NCBI GenBank assembly: GCA_030689285.1
Contig: JAUYJM010000009.1
Coordinates: 1-34,920, forward strand
Direction: 5' to 3'
DNA from: a bacterium
GTDB taxonomy: Bacteria; Patescibacteriota; Minisyncoccia; Phycocordibacterales; GCA-002787175
DNA length: 34,920 nt
The notes beneath the pieces were generated by a model, which saw only the letters and a program-made list of their open reading frames with translations, did not search any database and had not been told where the DNA came from. Of this stretch, positions 33,601 through 34,920 are shown in pieces. Made by a program: the position numbers and the translations under genes. How positions within the stretch are numbered: the first letter of the stretch is position 1; each line of letters opens with the position of its first letter.

Positions 33601-33984
33601 TCGCAGTCTGAGAAACTCTCATGGGAAAAGGAGCTTTTAGGACTTTATATTTCCGGCCATCCGCTTGATAAATACCGCGCCGTTTTGGGAAAACGTGAAG
33701 ACAACATAAAAAAAATAAAGGAAGAAGCCAAAGAAGGAATGACAACCGTTATAGGAGGGATTATAGAAGAAATGAAGCCGATACTTACCAAGAAAAACGA
33801 GCAAATGGCCTTTGCGCGGCTTGCCGATTTTACCGGAGCCATAGAGGTTGTGATTTTTCCGAGGGTGCTCGCGGAGTTTAAGAATATATTGAAGGCGGAC
33901 AAATGTGTGGCAATAAAAGGACGCGTTTCAAATAGAAACGGCGAGGTGAGCATTATTGCCGAGAAAGCGAAAGAACTTGCGTAG
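30694..33984 (+). CDS. dnaE: DNA polymerase III alpha subunit
   Basis: The PHP N-terminus is MSGFAHLHTHSHYSLLSG. Also present are PDIDMDY, GLLKFDFLGIKNLS, FNKAHAASYG and a C-terminal OB fold. The start is at the conserved FAHLH region. Confidence 0.9.
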   Translation: MSGFAHLHTHSHYSLLSGLPKIPELVKAARDDGQTALALTDNGNLYGAIEFYKECGKQGIKPLIGIDAYVAARTRHDKQAGIDNRRTRLILLAKNQQGYKNLIKLVTDSHLEGFYYKPRVDRELLEKYSEGLIAISPSFSSEIVKSLQIDDFEKAVQIANWYRQIFGKENFFLEITRHPEIDGHEKTMEKLVSFAKDNVLPLVASQDVYYLSPEDRKARNTLTLVMSNRELSDISEGGEAADFSFISQKQAINLFQDIPDALKNTIKIAEMCDLNLELGNWLFPNYVVESKLSYDDELRKVVFEGFDSRGVERSKETLERVEYELSVIKAKGYAPYFLVVGDLIREAHKRGILTTIRGSVAGSLVTYLAKITNVNPIVYKLPFERFLNPERPSAPDIDMDYADNRRDEMIEYAKEKYGRTFVAQIGTFGTMMARGSVRDVARALGFEYGVGDRIAKLIPMGSQGFPMSIDRALEIVGELKEIYKKEKDAREIIDTARKIEGCARHISVHAAGVVISPVPLTEVTPLQLDPKGEGKVITQYDMYSIDENNAGLLKFDFLGIKNLSILAEAVALTEKMEGVKIDIENVPVDDKKTFEMLALGETGGLFQLNGSGMTRFLKDLKPNNIHDINAMVALYRPGPMESIPEYIQRKHNPRLVKYLDSRMSDILSESYGVITYQDDVLMLAIKLAGYSWLEVDKLRKAMGKKIPKEMEAQKRKLIDGFMGFGKLSKEKGDKLWSLIEPFAAYGFNKAHAASYGKVAYQTAYMKANFPAIYMSAVLTADSGDIDKIGEIIAECDRMGIPVLPPDINESYSGFTVVKLENSKLQETSSKQIPNPKHNTLNPEHLSERYTLNADSSDRIRFGLTTIKNFGEGIANAIIKEREENGKFKSLGDFLSRIKDKNLNKKSVEALIKAGAVDAFADRGVMFANLEQILEFHKEKAQADGSQDSLFGSLPEGQSDDIVLKDSPMASQSEKLSWEKELLGLYISGHPLDKYRAVLGKREDNIKKIKEEAKEGMTTVIGGIIEEMKPILTKKNEQMAFARLADFTGAIEVVIFPRVLAEFKNILKADKCVAIKGRVSNRNGEVSIIAEKAKELA

Positions 33985-34017
33985 TCCCTAAAGAGCTTAG
34001 ACCGACATTGACTGACA

Positions 34018-34185
34018 TTTGTAGGACCTTACGCACCTAATCTTATTTCTCCCTCTCGTACTCGCCTCGCTCGTCTTGCGTAACTACGCTTCGGCGTAGC
34101 CACGCCGAAGCCTACGGCGTAGCGCGGGTTGGCGAGGCGAGTAGAAAATGAGGAATAAGAAAAGCAACAAATTGCAGTAAGTCCT
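34018..34185. repeat. ~165-bp imperfect palindrome between convergent dnaE and the pilin gene, sharing modules with 30170-30228
   Basis: Arms are cttatttctccctctcgtactcgcctcgc / ggcgaggcgagtagaaaatgaggaataag. The inner part is gcttcggcgt / acgccgaagc (perfect 10 bp). Confidence 0.65.
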
Positions 34186-34214
34186 GACTTAATGAAAATT
34201 CAGCCACTTTTTGC

Positions 34215-34742
34215 TTATGGAGTAACACTTTTACAAAAAGACCCGCCGGATTCCAGTCTTATAGCGCATAAAGTGTAATATTGCCCGGCTTCTTCTCCTT
34301 GGCCGATTTGGTTGGCATTCCATGGCTCGTAGGTATAATAGAATGAGCTATCATTCAATGGGTCAACGGGGAGAGAAGACATAAATCCGTCCGATACGAT
34401 ATCCTGAAGGTCGCTGTTTGACCCCCAGCCCCCTCCTGAGCCCCCACAAGCGCCGGTGCTGGTGTCGCCGTTGCAATTTTCCGGCTGGGTATAAGAGTCG
34501 TCTTTATCGTAACTTAACTGGAGGGCTATTGCTATCTGCTCTATATCAGACTTTCTCTTAGAGTCTCTGGCCTTTTCTCGCGCGCTGTTTAAGCTGGATA
34601 GCACCACCGAAGAAAGCAAGCCGATAATGGCGATTACGACCAAAAGTTCTATTAAAGTAAACCCCGATACTGAATTAGGAGCTTTTTTTTCGTGGTGCCA
34701 AATTTTTTCCCTTACACTCTTTTGTTTTGCTATGGCATACAT
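34215..34742 (-). CDS. Type IV pilin / pseudopilin with N-terminal prepilin methylation motif
   Basis: SG|FTLIELLVVIAIIGLLSSVVLSSLNSAREKARDSKRKSDI is the canonical class III signal and hydrophobic helix. The leader is unusually long (27 aa). Confidence 0.8.
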   Translation of the reverse strand: MYAIAKQKSVREKIWHHEKKAPNSVSGFTLIELLVVIAIIGLLSSVVLSSLNSAREKARDSKRKSDIEQIAIALQLSYDKDDSYTQPENCNGDTSTGACGGSGGGWGSNSDLQDIVSDGFMSSLPVDPLNDSSFYYTYEPWNANQIGQGEEAGQYYTLCAIRLESGGSFCKSVTP

Positions 34743-34831
34743 TATATATATTCTACACTTTCATCCCATATATGCAATCCTGAGACTTCTCTCATACAAA
34801 ATGATACCGAAATGATGAGGCGTTCTCACGC

Positions 34832-34855
34832 AAAATGAGCCCGAAAGCTCATTTT
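34832..34855 (-). terminator. Hairpin terminator of an upstream minus-strand gene lying beyond the right edge
   Basis: Minus strand reads AAAATGAGCtttcgGGCTCATTTT followed by GCG. One minus frame is open from the window edge to a TGA inside the stem (34849-34851). Confidence 0.4.
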
Positions 34856-34920
34856 GGAGCGGATAGTTCATACTGGCGTTTGTATGGACACCCATATGAA
34901 CGACGACCGCATAGAGAGTA

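Noticed and set aside
34849-34920. Partial minus-strand CDS at the right edge (YSLCGRRSYGCPYKRQYELSAPK*).
   Set aside because: Only 23 codons are visible, a second frame is also open, and no family is recognisable. It is recorded only as context for the terminator at 34832-34855.

Overview
The window is a housekeeping chromosomal segment from a small-genome bacterium. A Patescibacteria/CPR origin is inferred from minimal PheS, PheT and EF-Ts architectures, weak Shine-Dalgarno sites and near-leaderless starts. The genetic code is standard, since TGA ends pheT and rpmE. Gene order: typA (5' end only, -), an acidic Cys-rich hypothetical (-), and a 1.2 kb non-coding block holding a promoter-to-terminator structured RNA candidate. 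Next come a 1384-aa secreted beta-helix/Ig-like protein with two peptidoglycan-binding domains, lepA, an FtsB/DivIC-like gene and tRNA-Gly(CCC). These are followed by a PfkB kinase (-), class II aldolase, 2-hydroxyacid dehydrogenase, rplY, a coiled-coil lytic transglycosylase, rpmE, prfA, rpsB, tsf and tRNA-Thr(UGU). The window then carries a processive GT2, a PEGA-domain protein, pheS, a 1.4 kb cassette (DUF5069-like gene, VOC remnant, NYN gene), pheT, gyrB with a 433-aa HNH intein, dnaE and a type IV pilin (-). The unusual content is repeat biology rather than a gene cluster. (1) Homologous palindromic DNA elements sit in-frame inside lepA and pheS, resembling Rickettsia palindromic elements, and their junction hairpins are partly built from conserved host codons. 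(2) A BIME-like mosaic family of hairpin modules fills several intergenic regions. (3) A roughly 40-nt ACGAAT-word unit lies at gene boundaries and flanks the cassette that splits pheS from pheT. (4) There are long imperfect palindromes of 160-390 bp. (5) The tRNA-Gly 3' end is duplicated. All calls come from reading the sequence and recalling protein families; no database search was run.
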